Assembly (NCBI GenBank): GCA_964527425.1
Contig: CAZGOA010000003.1
Location: forward strand, 97,048 to 161,047
Direction: 5' to 3'
DNA from: an uncultured Gammaproteobacteria bacterium
GTDB taxonomy: Bacteria > Patescibacteriota > Microgenomatia > UBA10105 > UBA927
DNA length: 64,000 nt
How positions within the stretch are numbered: the stretch's first letter is position 1; every line of letters begins with the position of its first letter. Under the pieces are notes generated by a model. The model did not search any database, was not told where the DNA came from, and saw nothing but the letters and a program-made list of their open reading frames with translations. This document shows, one piece after another, positions 9,372-19,005 of the stretch. The position numbers were made by a program, and so were the translations under genes.

Positions 9372-11351
9372 ATGAGCGACTTTTTATCTATTGTTTTTGA
9401 TTCAATTCGCTTCATTGTAACAGTCATACTCCTTTTTTATATTCCCGGACGGCTTCTTCTGATAGGTTTTAATATTCATAACAATTTTCTGAAAGAATTT
9501 TTTTATTCAATAACGAGTGGCATGCTGGCATACACCTTTTTAGTATATTTAGTTTCCTGGATACATATTACTGACTTATTTCAATACCTCTATATTGCTG
9601 TAGTACTATTATTAGTTTATAAAAATAGAAATATTCTGTCTTCTTTATTAACAAGTGTTAAACAATTATTTCCATTCTTGCTTATTGGATTTGTCTTCAG
9701 CTTAATAATTACTACGCGGGGTATATGGCAGAATAATTTTGTTTATGAACGCGATGATGTTATTCATCTGGCATATATTTCTGAAATGGTACATCGTTTT
9801 CCACCTGATAATCCAGGGTTTTCAAACGTCCCCTTAATTGGTTATCACTTTTTTCACGATTTTTTAATAGCCAAAATTCATCAAGTAAGTACTATACCCA
9901 TACATAGACTGCATTTTCAGTTTTTCCCCCTACTTATAGGATTTTTATGGGCATTGGGAACATATGTTTTAGGAACAGTCAGAGGAAATTCGAAAAGTGG
10001 ATGGTGGATTCTCTTCTTCGTATTGTTTGGGGGTAGTGCGGCATTTCTGTTTCATTTATTTGGTTATAATCAGGTATCACTTAATGCTGGTCTGGGCATC
10101 GATCAGCCAGTTACTGCGTTACTTAATGGACCATACGCAACATCATTTGTTTTCATATTATTATTTTTAACCAATTTACTGGACTATGTATCCACAAAAA
10201 AAGCTGCTTACTTATGGCTTTTATCCATTGCAACTGGATTAACTCCGATGTTTAAAATTTACGGCGGGTTATTACTTTATGCCGGATTAGGAATGATAGG
10301 CATACATATTCTATTTACCAAAAAGTGGAAACATCTACTCATTCTTATGAGTAGCATCATCTTAACAGCTTGTACATTTTTATTATTCTCGGGACAAGGA
10401 AACAGACTTTTTTATCAACCCTTGTGGGCTCCTCATGCTGTTTTAGAATTTAGTCTTCCATGGTATGGATTTCATGAAAAAATGTATACCTATAAGCAAT
10501 TATCTGTAATGAGAGGAATTATTACCGTTGAATTACATGGACTTATTTTATTTTTATTTGGTAATCTGGGTACAAGATTAATAGGTTTTATACTGTTTAT
10601 GTATTTTCTATTAAGAAGACGCATTAGATTAAATTATTTTGATGTTGTTTTGTTTGCAATGGCATGTGTTTCTATAGTCATTCCACTTTTTTTTATTCAA
10701 AGCGGCAAAGTGTTTGAAATTATTCAATTTGGTTGGTATTACCCCCTGTTTGTTTCGATTTTTGCCGGAATGGGTTTTGCACGACTGTTTAGTGGAATCA
10801 AAAACTTAAAGTTAACATTTCTTTTAATAGTATTAATTGGAATAATGACACTCCCCACTACATATGACAGTATGAAATCGCTCATTTTTAAGTCTCATGT
10901 TATTGCGGGTGAAAACAATGTATTAATCACTCCTAAATATACCGTTATGAAGAAACTCTCTATGATTGGTACTTACGATGATACAGTGCTGGAATTGCCA
11001 CCTTTAACTATGAATCATGATGAACTCAGTATAATAAATTGGTTTAGAAATACAGAACCACTAATGTCCTATTTTGCAAACAAAAGAAGTTTTTTTACTT
11101 CTCAAAATATCGATTTTTTCAACTTAAACTTATCTGAACGGGCAATGCTACTTATTGAGATATTAAAAGCAGAAAAACAATATAGTTCAACAATCGACTC
11201 TTCAAATTTAATTGATGATAGTATTACCAAGATTAAACACAACTCTATACATTTTATTGTTTCAACAGATAAGTTAACAGCAATTCCTCAACATGCAAAT
11301 GTTGAACTCATATATTCTGAAGATCCGTATTATGTTTATCAAATACACTAA
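9372..11351 (+). CDS. Polytopic membrane protein, probable GT-C fold glycosyltransferase
   Basis: Many TM segments; first loop RDDVIHLAYISE...P..P...YHF; start reassigned to MSDF. Confidence 0.6.
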   Translation: MSDFLSIVFDSIRFIVTVILLFYIPGRLLLIGFNIHNNFLKEFFYSITSGMLAYTFLVYLVSWIHITDLFQYLYIAVVLLLVYKNRNILSSLLTSVKQLFPFLLIGFVFSLIITTRGIWQNNFVYERDDVIHLAYISEMVHRFPPDNPGFSNVPLIGYHFFHDFLIAKIHQVSTIPIHRLHFQFFPLLIGFLWALGTYVLGTVRGNSKSGWWILFFVLFGGSAAFLFHLFGYNQVSLNAGLGIDQPVTALLNGPYATSFVFILLFLTNLLDYVSTKKAAYLWLLSIATGLTPMFKIYGGLLLYAGLGMIGIHILFTKKWKHLLILMSSIILTACTFLLFSGQGNRLFYQPLWAPHAVLEFSLPWYGFHEKMYTYKQLSVMRGIITVELHGLILFLFGNLGTRLIGFILFMYFLLRRRIRLNYFDVVLFAMACVSIVIPLFFIQSGKVFEIIQFGWYYPLFVSIFAGMGFARLFSGIKNLKLTFLLIVLIGIMTLPTTYDSMKSLIFKSHVIAGENNVLITPKYTVMKKLSMIGTYDDTVLELPPLTMNHDELSIINWFRNTEPLMSYFANKRSFFTSQNIDFFNLNLSERAMLLIEILKAEKQYSSTIDSSNLIDDSITKIKHNSIHFIVSTDKLTAIPQHANVELIYSEDPYYVYQIH

Positions 11352-11359
11352 AAATATAC

Positions 11360-11890
11360 TCACCGTTTGATACGCTTCATAATTTCATAGAGTACGATTC
11401 CACACGACACCATTACATTTAATGAAACGTTAATTCCCCACATAGGCATTTGAACAATTACATCACTTGCATCTAATACTTCCCTGGAAATACCATTGCT
11501 TTCATTACCAACAACAATCGCTATAGGAAATTCATAATTTGCCTGCTGAAAAGACACACTTCTCTCGTCAAGTTCTACAGAAACGATGTTTGCTCCCTGA
11601 GCTTTGCAGCGATCAACAGCCTCTAACGCTGTCTTGCAGTATTCCCATTCAACCCATTGCCATGTGTTAATAGAAGCCTTTTTTATTCGTGAGTTTGGTG
11701 GTGTTAAAGTATCTCCACAAAGATATACTTTTTGGGCTGCAACAGCGTCGGCTAATCTAAAAATTGCTCCTACATTATACGTATCCAGAACATTGTCTAA
11801 TATTATACTTACTGGATTCTTAATTATTGTTTTAATTACATCTGGATTCACTTCTGTAGTACGCAACTGCTTAGCATTCATTTTCATCAT
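11360..11890 (-). CDS. TrmH/SpoU family RNA methyltransferase
   Basis: LDNV.DTYNVGAIFR, VGNESNGIS, MPMWG...SLNV. Confidence 0.92.
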   Translation of the reverse strand: MMKMNAKQLRTTEVNPDVIKTIIKNPVSIILDNVLDTYNVGAIFRLADAVAAQKVYLCGDTLTPPNSRIKKASINTWQWVEWEYCKTALEAVDRCKAQGANIVSVELDERSVSFQQANYEFPIAIVVGNESNGISREVLDASDVIVQMPMWGINVSLNVMVSCGIVLYEIMKRIKR

Positions 11891-11917
11891 AGTGCTGATT
11901 ATATCAATTTAAGACTC

Positions 11918-12067
11918 TTAATTGTTGATATGAATTGTTGGAGAGACCAAAATCAGTTGTACACCAGATCCTTGAGGAACTGGAGTAATAATCGATTTAC
12001 TTTTATAAAAGAAAAATAATACAGTAATGGTTATTATCATTACAAAAAATACAATTATTTTTTTCAT
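11918..12067 (-). CDS. Small membrane-anchored protein (49 aa), not in the ORF track
   Basis: MKKIIVFFVMIITITVLFFFYKSKSIITPVPQGSGVQLILVSPTIHINN; starts 3 nt after the YfhO-family stop. Confidence 0.55.
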   Translation of the reverse strand: MKKIIVFFVMIITITVLFFFYKSKSIITPVPQGSGVQLILVSPTIHINN

Positions 12068-12070
12068 ATG

Positions 12071-14410
12071 TTAGTTCTTATCTCTTAAACGTATTACTAG
12101 TAGTATCCAAATACTTAAAGTGAATGCAGATAAGAGTATTCCTAAATACAAACTCAACGGTCTATATATGAATTCTATTCTATTACTTCCTTTAGGCACA
12201 AGAATTCCCCTAAAGGCATAATTAGTCCTATATATTTTCGTTTCTTTTCCATTTATGTACGCTCTCCACCCAGGGTAATACGTATCCGTCAATACCAAAA
12301 AATTATGTTCTTGTAAATTTGTATTAACAACAATGTTTTGTGAGGAATACTCATCAACATCTACTGGAATAATATTCTTATCAGAATTAACGAATTCGAT
12401 ATATTCTTCTACAACTGCAGTTTTGTGTGGATCAAAAGAATTTGAGAATACATATGCTAATAGTTCATCTTCTGTTTTCGTTACTACATTACTAGATAAA
12501 TACGCTCTGGGCAATCTACTAGCAAAGTCAGTGATGGTCCATGTTTCATCATTCCATACTGTTTGCGTATTTAGTCCACTTGATTTTTTTACTACATATC
12601 CAATAGACACTAATTGGGATAAGCGATCTAACCTATCGATTATGTCTTGATTTTCTGTATAACTATCCATAATGATATCGCTGCGACTAAGACCACGTTC
12701 TTTGTTTTCGGTGTGAGCATATGAGAATAATTCTCCATACCTGCGAATATATAATGGATCATAATAATTACTGTCATACCATCCATAATACGTAGCAAAA
12801 TCTGTGGAAAACTGTGCTTCTTTTTCTCCTTTAACTCGAACCGGAGAAAGCTGTTTTAACTGAGTCATTATCTGATGGGAAGGCATAATATGTTGCTTAG
12901 TGGAAAAGGGTAAAAATTTATTTGCATTGTATATACCACTGCATATCACCACAAGCAAACAACTCAATGCGATATATATTTTTTTATTGGGAAAAAAATA
13001 ATAACTGATTACAGAACATAGTATAAACAAACTCACAAACGTATATTCTAGAATTAAATTTCTAATTGCAACATTCATGCAATTAACTTGATTTACACAA
13101 CTTATATTAAAGATGAATAAACCAACGAGCAGTAATACTAGTAAAAGAAAACTAAGCCAGATAAACAGAATCTTCTTTATTTGATTACTATGGATGATCT
13201 CAAGTATATGTTGTATTCCGAAACCGGTAAGTATAGCAATACTAAACGTTGTTAGTATATAGATCCTTGTGGGAATACTCGTGCTTATAATTGGTAATGG
13301 CAAATTATACAGTAGTGATGTTAACGGAGATGTAAATGAAACCAATAAAGTAAGAAGTGTCATTACTGTAAAAAACTTTACGATAGTATCTTTAAATAAA
13401 AACCACACAGCAATTACACTAAATAGTATTGGAACCGTTCCAACCGAAGCTAGCGTTTCTATGTAATCGGTATAACCCCAGAAATTATATGTCCCGGGAT
13501 TACCAAAAAAATTCGGAATTAAAACTGTAAAAAGATGCGAAAAAGGCACAAGAAACTTCTCAAAAATAAATAGTGACGATATCTGAGTTACATTTGCTAA
13601 AGAATATAATTCAAAGGTGGGCAGCAACTGGATACTTGATAAGCCTAAACCAATTAATACGAATACTGTATACAATAATAACGTAGAAACACGTACACCC
13701 CGTATAATACTTATATGTTTCCATAACCGTATACACGCGTATAGAAAAACAGTAGCACATATATATACTGAAATTTGAGGCTGTACACTCACCAATAAAA
13801 ACCAAGCCGAAAACGGTACTACCATAGCACTACCTTGGACCTGTTTTTTAACTAGTAATTCAATGCCTGATAATAATAGAGGAAGAGTAATTAGCGCATA
13901 AATATAATCTCCATAAATTGTTCTTCCAATGACAAATCCAGAAAAACACAAAACACTCGAGGAAATCAGAGAAGCTAGTTTTGATAAACCTATAGATCTT
14001 GTATACCAATACGTCGATAAAAATAACAATGGAAACTGAATAATTATATACCAGGCCCAACCCACTACCCCACCCAACAGTAACAATGAAAAAGGATTTA
14101 AAAAACCAGAATGTAAAGTAGCGAGTAATGGTTGGCCTGCTCCATTGAAAGGATTCCATAAGGGCAATAGACCTTCTTTTAATTGTTGAATCGCTAAATA
14201 TTTCTGCGGATATATTTGTCTAAATATATCATCACCTATGGGCTTATGAGGTATAGTAGGAACGCCATTAATAGTGTTTTCAGATTTCCAGGGTTCGTAA
14301 AAAGATACCATAAAATTCCCTGGCATAGGAATTTCACCAAAAAAGAAAAATCGATGAAATACTCCAATGGTTAGTAACAGAGCAACAAGTACTGGCATTA
14401 AATGTTTCAT
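12071..14410 (-). CDS. YfhO family membrane glycosyltransferase-like protein
   Basis: LPLWNPFNGAGQPLLA at the N-terminus; LVLTDTYYPGWRAYING and NYAFRGILVPKG at the C-terminus. Confidence 0.88.
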   Translation of the reverse strand: MKHLMPVLVALLLTIGVFHRFFFFGEIPMPGNFMVSFYEPWKSENTINGVPTIPHKPIGDDIFRQIYPQKYLAIQQLKEGLLPLWNPFNGAGQPLLATLHSGFLNPFSLLLLGGVVGWAWYIIIQFPLLFLSTYWYTRSIGLSKLASLISSSVLCFSGFVIGRTIYGDYIYALITLPLLLSGIELLVKKQVQGSAMVVPFSAWFLLVSVQPQISVYICATVFLYACIRLWKHISIIRGVRVSTLLLYTVFVLIGLGLSSIQLLPTFELYSLANVTQISSLFIFEKFLVPFSHLFTVLIPNFFGNPGTYNFWGYTDYIETLASVGTVPILFSVIAVWFLFKDTIVKFFTVMTLLTLLVSFTSPLTSLLYNLPLPIISTSIPTRIYILTTFSIAILTGFGIQHILEIIHSNQIKKILFIWLSFLLLVLLLVGLFIFNISCVNQVNCMNVAIRNLILEYTFVSLFILCSVISYYFFPNKKIYIALSCLLVVICSGIYNANKFLPFSTKQHIMPSHQIMTQLKQLSPVRVKGEKEAQFSTDFATYYGWYDSNYYDPLYIRRYGELFSYAHTENKERGLSRSDIIMDSYTENQDIIDRLDRLSQLVSIGYVVKKSSGLNTQTVWNDETWTITDFASRLPRAYLSSNVVTKTEDELLAYVFSNSFDPHKTAVVEEYIEFVNSDKNIIPVDVDEYSSQNIVVNTNLQEHNFLVLTDTYYPGWRAYINGKETKIYRTNYAFRGILVPKGSNRIEFIYRPLSLYLGILLSAFTLSIWILLVIRLRDKN

Positions 14411-15759
14411 AAACGAATAAGAGTCCGTAACAACTTATAATAAATCCAAAAGCCTATTACCACTGTACAAATTGCTATCGATTGCTGAAACGTATGACTT
14501 CTCATCAGGGAATACCACATATCAGGTAAAGCCATCGGATGCCATACGATAACTAAATTAATAAAATTTAACAATGTCAGTAAAATTAATTCATAATATA
14601 ACGATACCCCGAGACTTGCAGTTAATATAAGCGGTATATAAACAGGATATAAATATCGCTCATGCATTTTAGGCAATAATAAATAGGACAGTAATGCAAT
14701 TCCTGTAAACGCAATAACACTCATGAAGGTAAACAATGTATGATTATTAACAAGCTTTCTTTTTTTGTATATAAAAAAATATATTGGAAATATAAAGAGA
14801 CCGTAAAAAAACATTGCTATCTGTTGCAAAGATAATGAAAACAATATTGTATTAATTTCCGGAGAATGTTCTAAAGAAACAGAACTTAGCGAAAATAAGT
14901 CAGGACCATTTCCAAAAACGATCGTTGGCTGAAATACAACCCACCAAACATTAAAAGCAAATGCTGTTATATTGTTCATTTCGCCTGAACCGTGCGCACG
15001 TATAAAATGTGCATACCATGTAAAAATATCAGTCGTAATTGGCAGCGTTATAACGATAACAGAGAGTAAAACAAGGAAAAGTAGCACAATCCATTTTTTA
15101 ACACTAAATTTCTTAATAAATAAGAATAATACAAAAAAAGGTGCAAAAATGATCAACGAAAGTTTAACGAATAAAGAATACAGGTAAAAAAGAGATGATA
15201 AAATAAATTTTTTGGAAATAAAAAAGTAAAGAGAAAGTATAAAAAAAACGTTATTTACACTATCCATCTGTCCCCAAAAGGCACTATTGTAAATCACACT
15301 TGGATTGAATAGAAACAGTGAAGCACCCAGTAAAGATCGTCCGCGATGCTTCGTTAATCGGAGTACGCTCAAATAAAGAAACACACTTATAATACAATCA
15401 GAAATAAAAGAAGGAATACGAAATAATACGGTTAAAAAAGGGCCATTTATCCACGTATTAGATCCAGGAATTATCCCAAATACAGCAAATAACACTTTAC
15501 CTATCTGTATCCAAATCATGTACATAAGCCAGAGGCAATATAAAAATAACGGCGGCAAGTTGTTTGCGTATGTTCCAAAACTTAAATATTCAGGATGCGT
15601 ATAAGTATCTGTGAAGGAGTGAATAAATGCTATTTGTGCCCAGTCTTTGTACCGTAAAATATCTGTATTTTCTCGATATTCTAATGCATAGGAAATAGTA
15701 ACGATTCTAACAATGCACCCTAAAATAAATAACAGTATAAAATAATAATGCCCTCTCAT
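14407..15759 (-). CDS. GT-C family (GT87/PIG-M-like) glycosyltransferase
   Basis: LFNPSVIYNSAFWGQMDS and MHERYLYP motifs, polytopic. Confidence 0.8.
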   Translation of the reverse strand: MRGHYYFILLFILGCIVRIVTISYALEYRENTDILRYKDWAQIAFIHSFTDTYTHPEYLSFGTYANNLPPLFLYCLWLMYMIWIQIGKVLFAVFGIIPGSNTWINGPFLTVLFRIPSFISDCIISVFLYLSVLRLTKHRGRSLLGASLFLFNPSVIYNSAFWGQMDSVNNVFFILSLYFFISKKFILSSLFYLYSLFVKLSLIIFAPFFVLFLFIKKFSVKKWIVLLFLVLLSVIVITLPITTDIFTWYAHFIRAHGSGEMNNITAFAFNVWWVVFQPTIVFGNGPDLFSLSSVSLEHSPEINTILFSLSLQQIAMFFYGLFIFPIYFFIYKKRKLVNNHTLFTFMSVIAFTGIALLSYLLLPKMHERYLYPVYIPLILTASLGVSLYYELILLTLLNFINLVIVWHPMALPDMWYSLMRSHTFQQSIAICTVVIGFWIYYKLLRTLIRL

Positions 15760-15779
15760 GGTAAACGGGTGCAGGATAC

Positions 15780-17828
15780 TTACTTAATATCTTCTTTCTT
15801 CCAAGCTGCAAAGGTACATTTTGGATAATTGCTACATCCATAAAACATTTTACCTTTTCTTGTCTTTTTCATAACCATTTCACTCCCGCATGTTGGGCAT
15901 GGAATATTTATTTTTTCCAAGAACTGACGGGTATATTTACATGTTGGAAAATTTCTGCAAGCAATAAATTTCCCGAATCTTCCCATTTTTATAACTAATT
16001 GACCACCACAATCAGGACACTGTTCATCAATTGTTTCTTCTACTACTTTTACTTTTTCTGCAATATCTTCTGTAGTTTGTATATCTTTTTCAAACGACTG
16101 ATAAAATTCTTGAATAACGGGCACCCATTCTCTTTCTCCATTGGCGACTGCATCCAACTTATCCTCCATTCCAGCTGTAAAAGGCAAACTCATTATTTCT
16201 GGAAAATATTGCACTAAGAAGTCAGATACTGACTTCCCCAATTCTGTTGGAATTAATTTCTTATCTTCTTTGGTCACATATTGTCTTTCAATGATTGTAG
16301 AGATAATCGGAGCATACGTACTTGGTCTTCCAATATCTTTTTCTTCTAATGTTTTTACAAGACTTGCTTCTGTATATCGTGGAGGAGCCGACGTTTGATG
16401 ACCTTCATGACTGGTTGATGAAAGTTCTACACTCTGCCCTTCTATAACTTCCGGGATAATTATATCTTCAGAATCTCTCCCCGAAACTTTTAAATATCCA
16501 TCAAATACAATAACTGATCCTTTTGTTTGAAATTGATATCCATTCGAACTAGATACAGTTATTGTTGTTGAATTAAACAGTGCTTCTTTCATTTGAGAAG
16601 CAATAGAGCGTTTCCAAATAAGTTCATATAAGCGAACATGATCTCGATTAAGCTCTTTTTTACCTTCTAATGAAGACCAAAAAACAGAAGTATTCGTAGG
16701 TCTAATAGCTTCATGAGCTTCTTGAGCAACTTTAGATTTTGTTGTGTATGTTCTTGGCTTTTCAGGGAGATAAGAATTTCCAAAATCTTTTGCGATAAAT
16801 TCTCTTGCATCATCTATAAATTTCTGAGATAAATTCACACTATCAGTACGATGATAGGTAATAAAACCTTCTTCATATAAACGTTGAGCAGTTTGCATAG
16901 TTTTCTTTGACGAAAAAGAAAGCCTACGTCCAGCGTCCTGTTGTAAAGTACTCGTGGTATAAGGTGCTGGTGGTGAACGTTTTACTTCACGCCTATCTAC
17001 TGACTTAATAATAAATGGTGCTTTAAAATCCGTAATTAGCTGTTTAACCTGTTCTTCTGATGCAATAGAGGTTTTTGATGTAGAATATGATCCATCAAAT
17101 AACTGCAGGGTAACCGTTTCTTCATATTTAATTCCATCTTTGCTTACTAAATCAGCGATAATTTTACTCTTTCCCACTGAAAATGACCCAGCTATTGTCC
17201 AGTATTGTTCTTTGATAAATTTCTCAATCTCTCGTTCTCTTTCAACTAATAAACGAACTGCAACTGACTGCACTCTTCCTGCAGATAACCAGCGTTTGGA
17301 TAATTTTTTCCATAACAACGGAGAAAGATTATAACCGACTAAACGATCTAGAACCCGGCGCGCCTGCTGGGCATCGACCAGTTTCATATCTATTGTGCGT
17401 GGATTTTTTAAAGCCTCTTGAATGGCACTTTCAGTAATCTCATGAAACACGATGCGGTTATAACTTTCTATATTTGCTTTTTGTTTCTCCTGTTCATCTT
17501 TCTGTTGCTTTGTCTTTCGACCCTTCGCCTTTATCGACTGCAGTACATTAGCGACATGCCATGCGATAGCTTCTCCTTCGCGATCAGGATCAGTAGCAAG
17601 AATGATTGAATCTGCCTTTGACGCGATAGCTTTTAATTCAGAAACTCGTTTCTGTTTATCTTTTGGGATAATATATCGGGGTATAAAACCGTTACCTGTA
17701 TCAACTCCTAATTCTGATTTAGGCAGGTCACGAATATGTCCTACACTTGCTTCTACAGAATATTTACCTTTCAGAAATTTACTTAAGGTTTTTGCTTTTG
17801 TTGGTGATTCAACAATAATAAGATTCAT
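15780..17828 (-). CDS. topA: DNA topoisomerase I
   Basis: IVESPTKAK, ATDPDREGE, SAGRVQS, ITYHRTDS, C-terminal Zn ribbons. Confidence 0.98.
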   Translation of the reverse strand: MNLIIVESPTKAKTLSKFLKGKYSVEASVGHIRDLPKSELGVDTGNGFIPRYIIPKDKQKRVSELKAIASKADSIILATDPDREGEAIAWHVANVLQSIKAKGRKTKQQKDEQEKQKANIESYNRIVFHEITESAIQEALKNPRTIDMKLVDAQQARRVLDRLVGYNLSPLLWKKLSKRWLSAGRVQSVAVRLLVEREREIEKFIKEQYWTIAGSFSVGKSKIIADLVSKDGIKYEETVTLQLFDGSYSTSKTSIASEEQVKQLITDFKAPFIIKSVDRREVKRSPPAPYTTSTLQQDAGRRLSFSSKKTMQTAQRLYEEGFITYHRTDSVNLSQKFIDDAREFIAKDFGNSYLPEKPRTYTTKSKVAQEAHEAIRPTNTSVFWSSLEGKKELNRDHVRLYELIWKRSIASQMKEALFNSTTITVSSSNGYQFQTKGSVIVFDGYLKVSGRDSEDIIIPEVIEGQSVELSSTSHEGHQTSAPPRYTEASLVKTLEEKDIGRPSTYAPIISTIIERQYVTKEDKKLIPTELGKSVSDFLVQYFPEIMSLPFTAGMEDKLDAVANGEREWVPVIQEFYQSFEKDIQTTEDIAEKVKVVEETIDEQCPDCGGQLVIKMGRFGKFIACRNFPTCKYTRQFLEKINIPCPTCGSEMVMKKTRKGKMFYGCSNYPKCTFAAWKKEDIK

Positions 17829-17857
17829 AAATTAATACTTTAGCATACCTGTCAAGG

Positions 17858-18955
17858 CTAGTAGTTCGTCAAGTGGTATATTCCCATTTCATCTCGACGA
17901 ATGATGTTTGATAATTCTAATGCAGTTAATACAGGCTGAATAGATTCAATAGAACTTCCTACGTGGTGAATAATTTGATCTACACTCATTGATTCCTTTT
18001 TTAAAACATCGATGATCGGTTGTTCATCAGACGTATGAGTTATTACATCATTACTACTCATACTCTGTATAGTAGTATTTATGCCTAAAGCGCGAATAAC
18101 ATCTTCACCTCTGCACGTTACGATAGCACCTTGGGAAATGAGCATATGCGGACCCTCACTTTGAACACTCGTAACAGGACCAGGAACAGCAAACACGTCT
18201 CTACCTTGTTCAGCGGCATATCTGGCAGTTATTAAAGACCCGCTTGTTTTCGTACCCTCCATAACGACAATTCCAAGTGATAGACCACTAATTATTCTAT
18301 TTCTTGCAGGAAATAATCCCCTATCAGGTCTTAAACCTAACGGCATTTCAGAAACGATTAATCCTCCGTTATTCAAAATATCTGTATATAATTGCCTGTG
18401 TGAAGATGGTGCAATTATATCGACACCACATCCTAATACAGCAATCGTTTTGCCTTTATGTTTTAACGCAGTTTTGTGTGCAACACCATCTACTCCTAAA
18501 GCCATTCCCGACACAATACAACAGCCAAATTGGGCCAGATCTGTCGTTATTCGTTCTGTGACAAGTTGCCCATAAGAACTGATTTTTCTTGTTCCAACAA
18601 CACCGATCATTTTATCGTTAGTAAGTAACTTACTATTCTCTCCTTTTACATATAAAACAATTGGCGCATCAGATATTGATGCTAATTGCTTAGGGTAAAG
18701 AGAATCTCCAGTATTAATTGCACGAACGCCCTCTTTCTGTAGTGTTGTTTCATATATATCAAATGAATAATTGCTACGAAATGAAACAAATCGTTCTACT
18801 AACGCAGGAGATAATCCTACTTCTAGCAACTGATTTTTTGAGGCCTCCCAAATGGGTACAACTGAACCAAATGCCTGCAGTAATAAACGAAAGCGAACAG
18901 GACCAATCCCTGGAAATACGCTAAAAGCAATATAATAAGAAGATTCACTTCTCAT
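17858..18955 (-). CDS. dprA: DNA-processing protein DprA
   Basis: VVGTR, IVSGMALGVDG, FPARNRIISGL, SGSLITA; start reassigned to MRSE. Confidence 0.96.
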   Translation of the reverse strand: MRSESSYYIAFSVFPGIGPVRFRLLLQAFGSVVPIWEASKNQLLEVGLSPALVERFVSFRSNYSFDIYETTLQKEGVRAINTGDSLYPKQLASISDAPIVLYVKGENSKLLTNDKMIGVVGTRKISSYGQLVTERITTDLAQFGCCIVSGMALGVDGVAHKTALKHKGKTIAVLGCGVDIIAPSSHRQLYTDILNNGGLIVSEMPLGLRPDRGLFPARNRIISGLSLGIVVMEGTKTSGSLITARYAAEQGRDVFAVPGPVTSVQSEGPHMLISQGAIVTCRGEDVIRALGINTTIQSMSSNDVITHTSDEQPIIDVLKKESMSVDQIIHHVGSSIESIQPVLTALELSNIIRRDEMGIYHLTNY

Positions 18956-19005
18956 ACTATTCAATCATACGCATATCTGAAAATCTAAAAAAGAAGTACA
19001 CGTAT

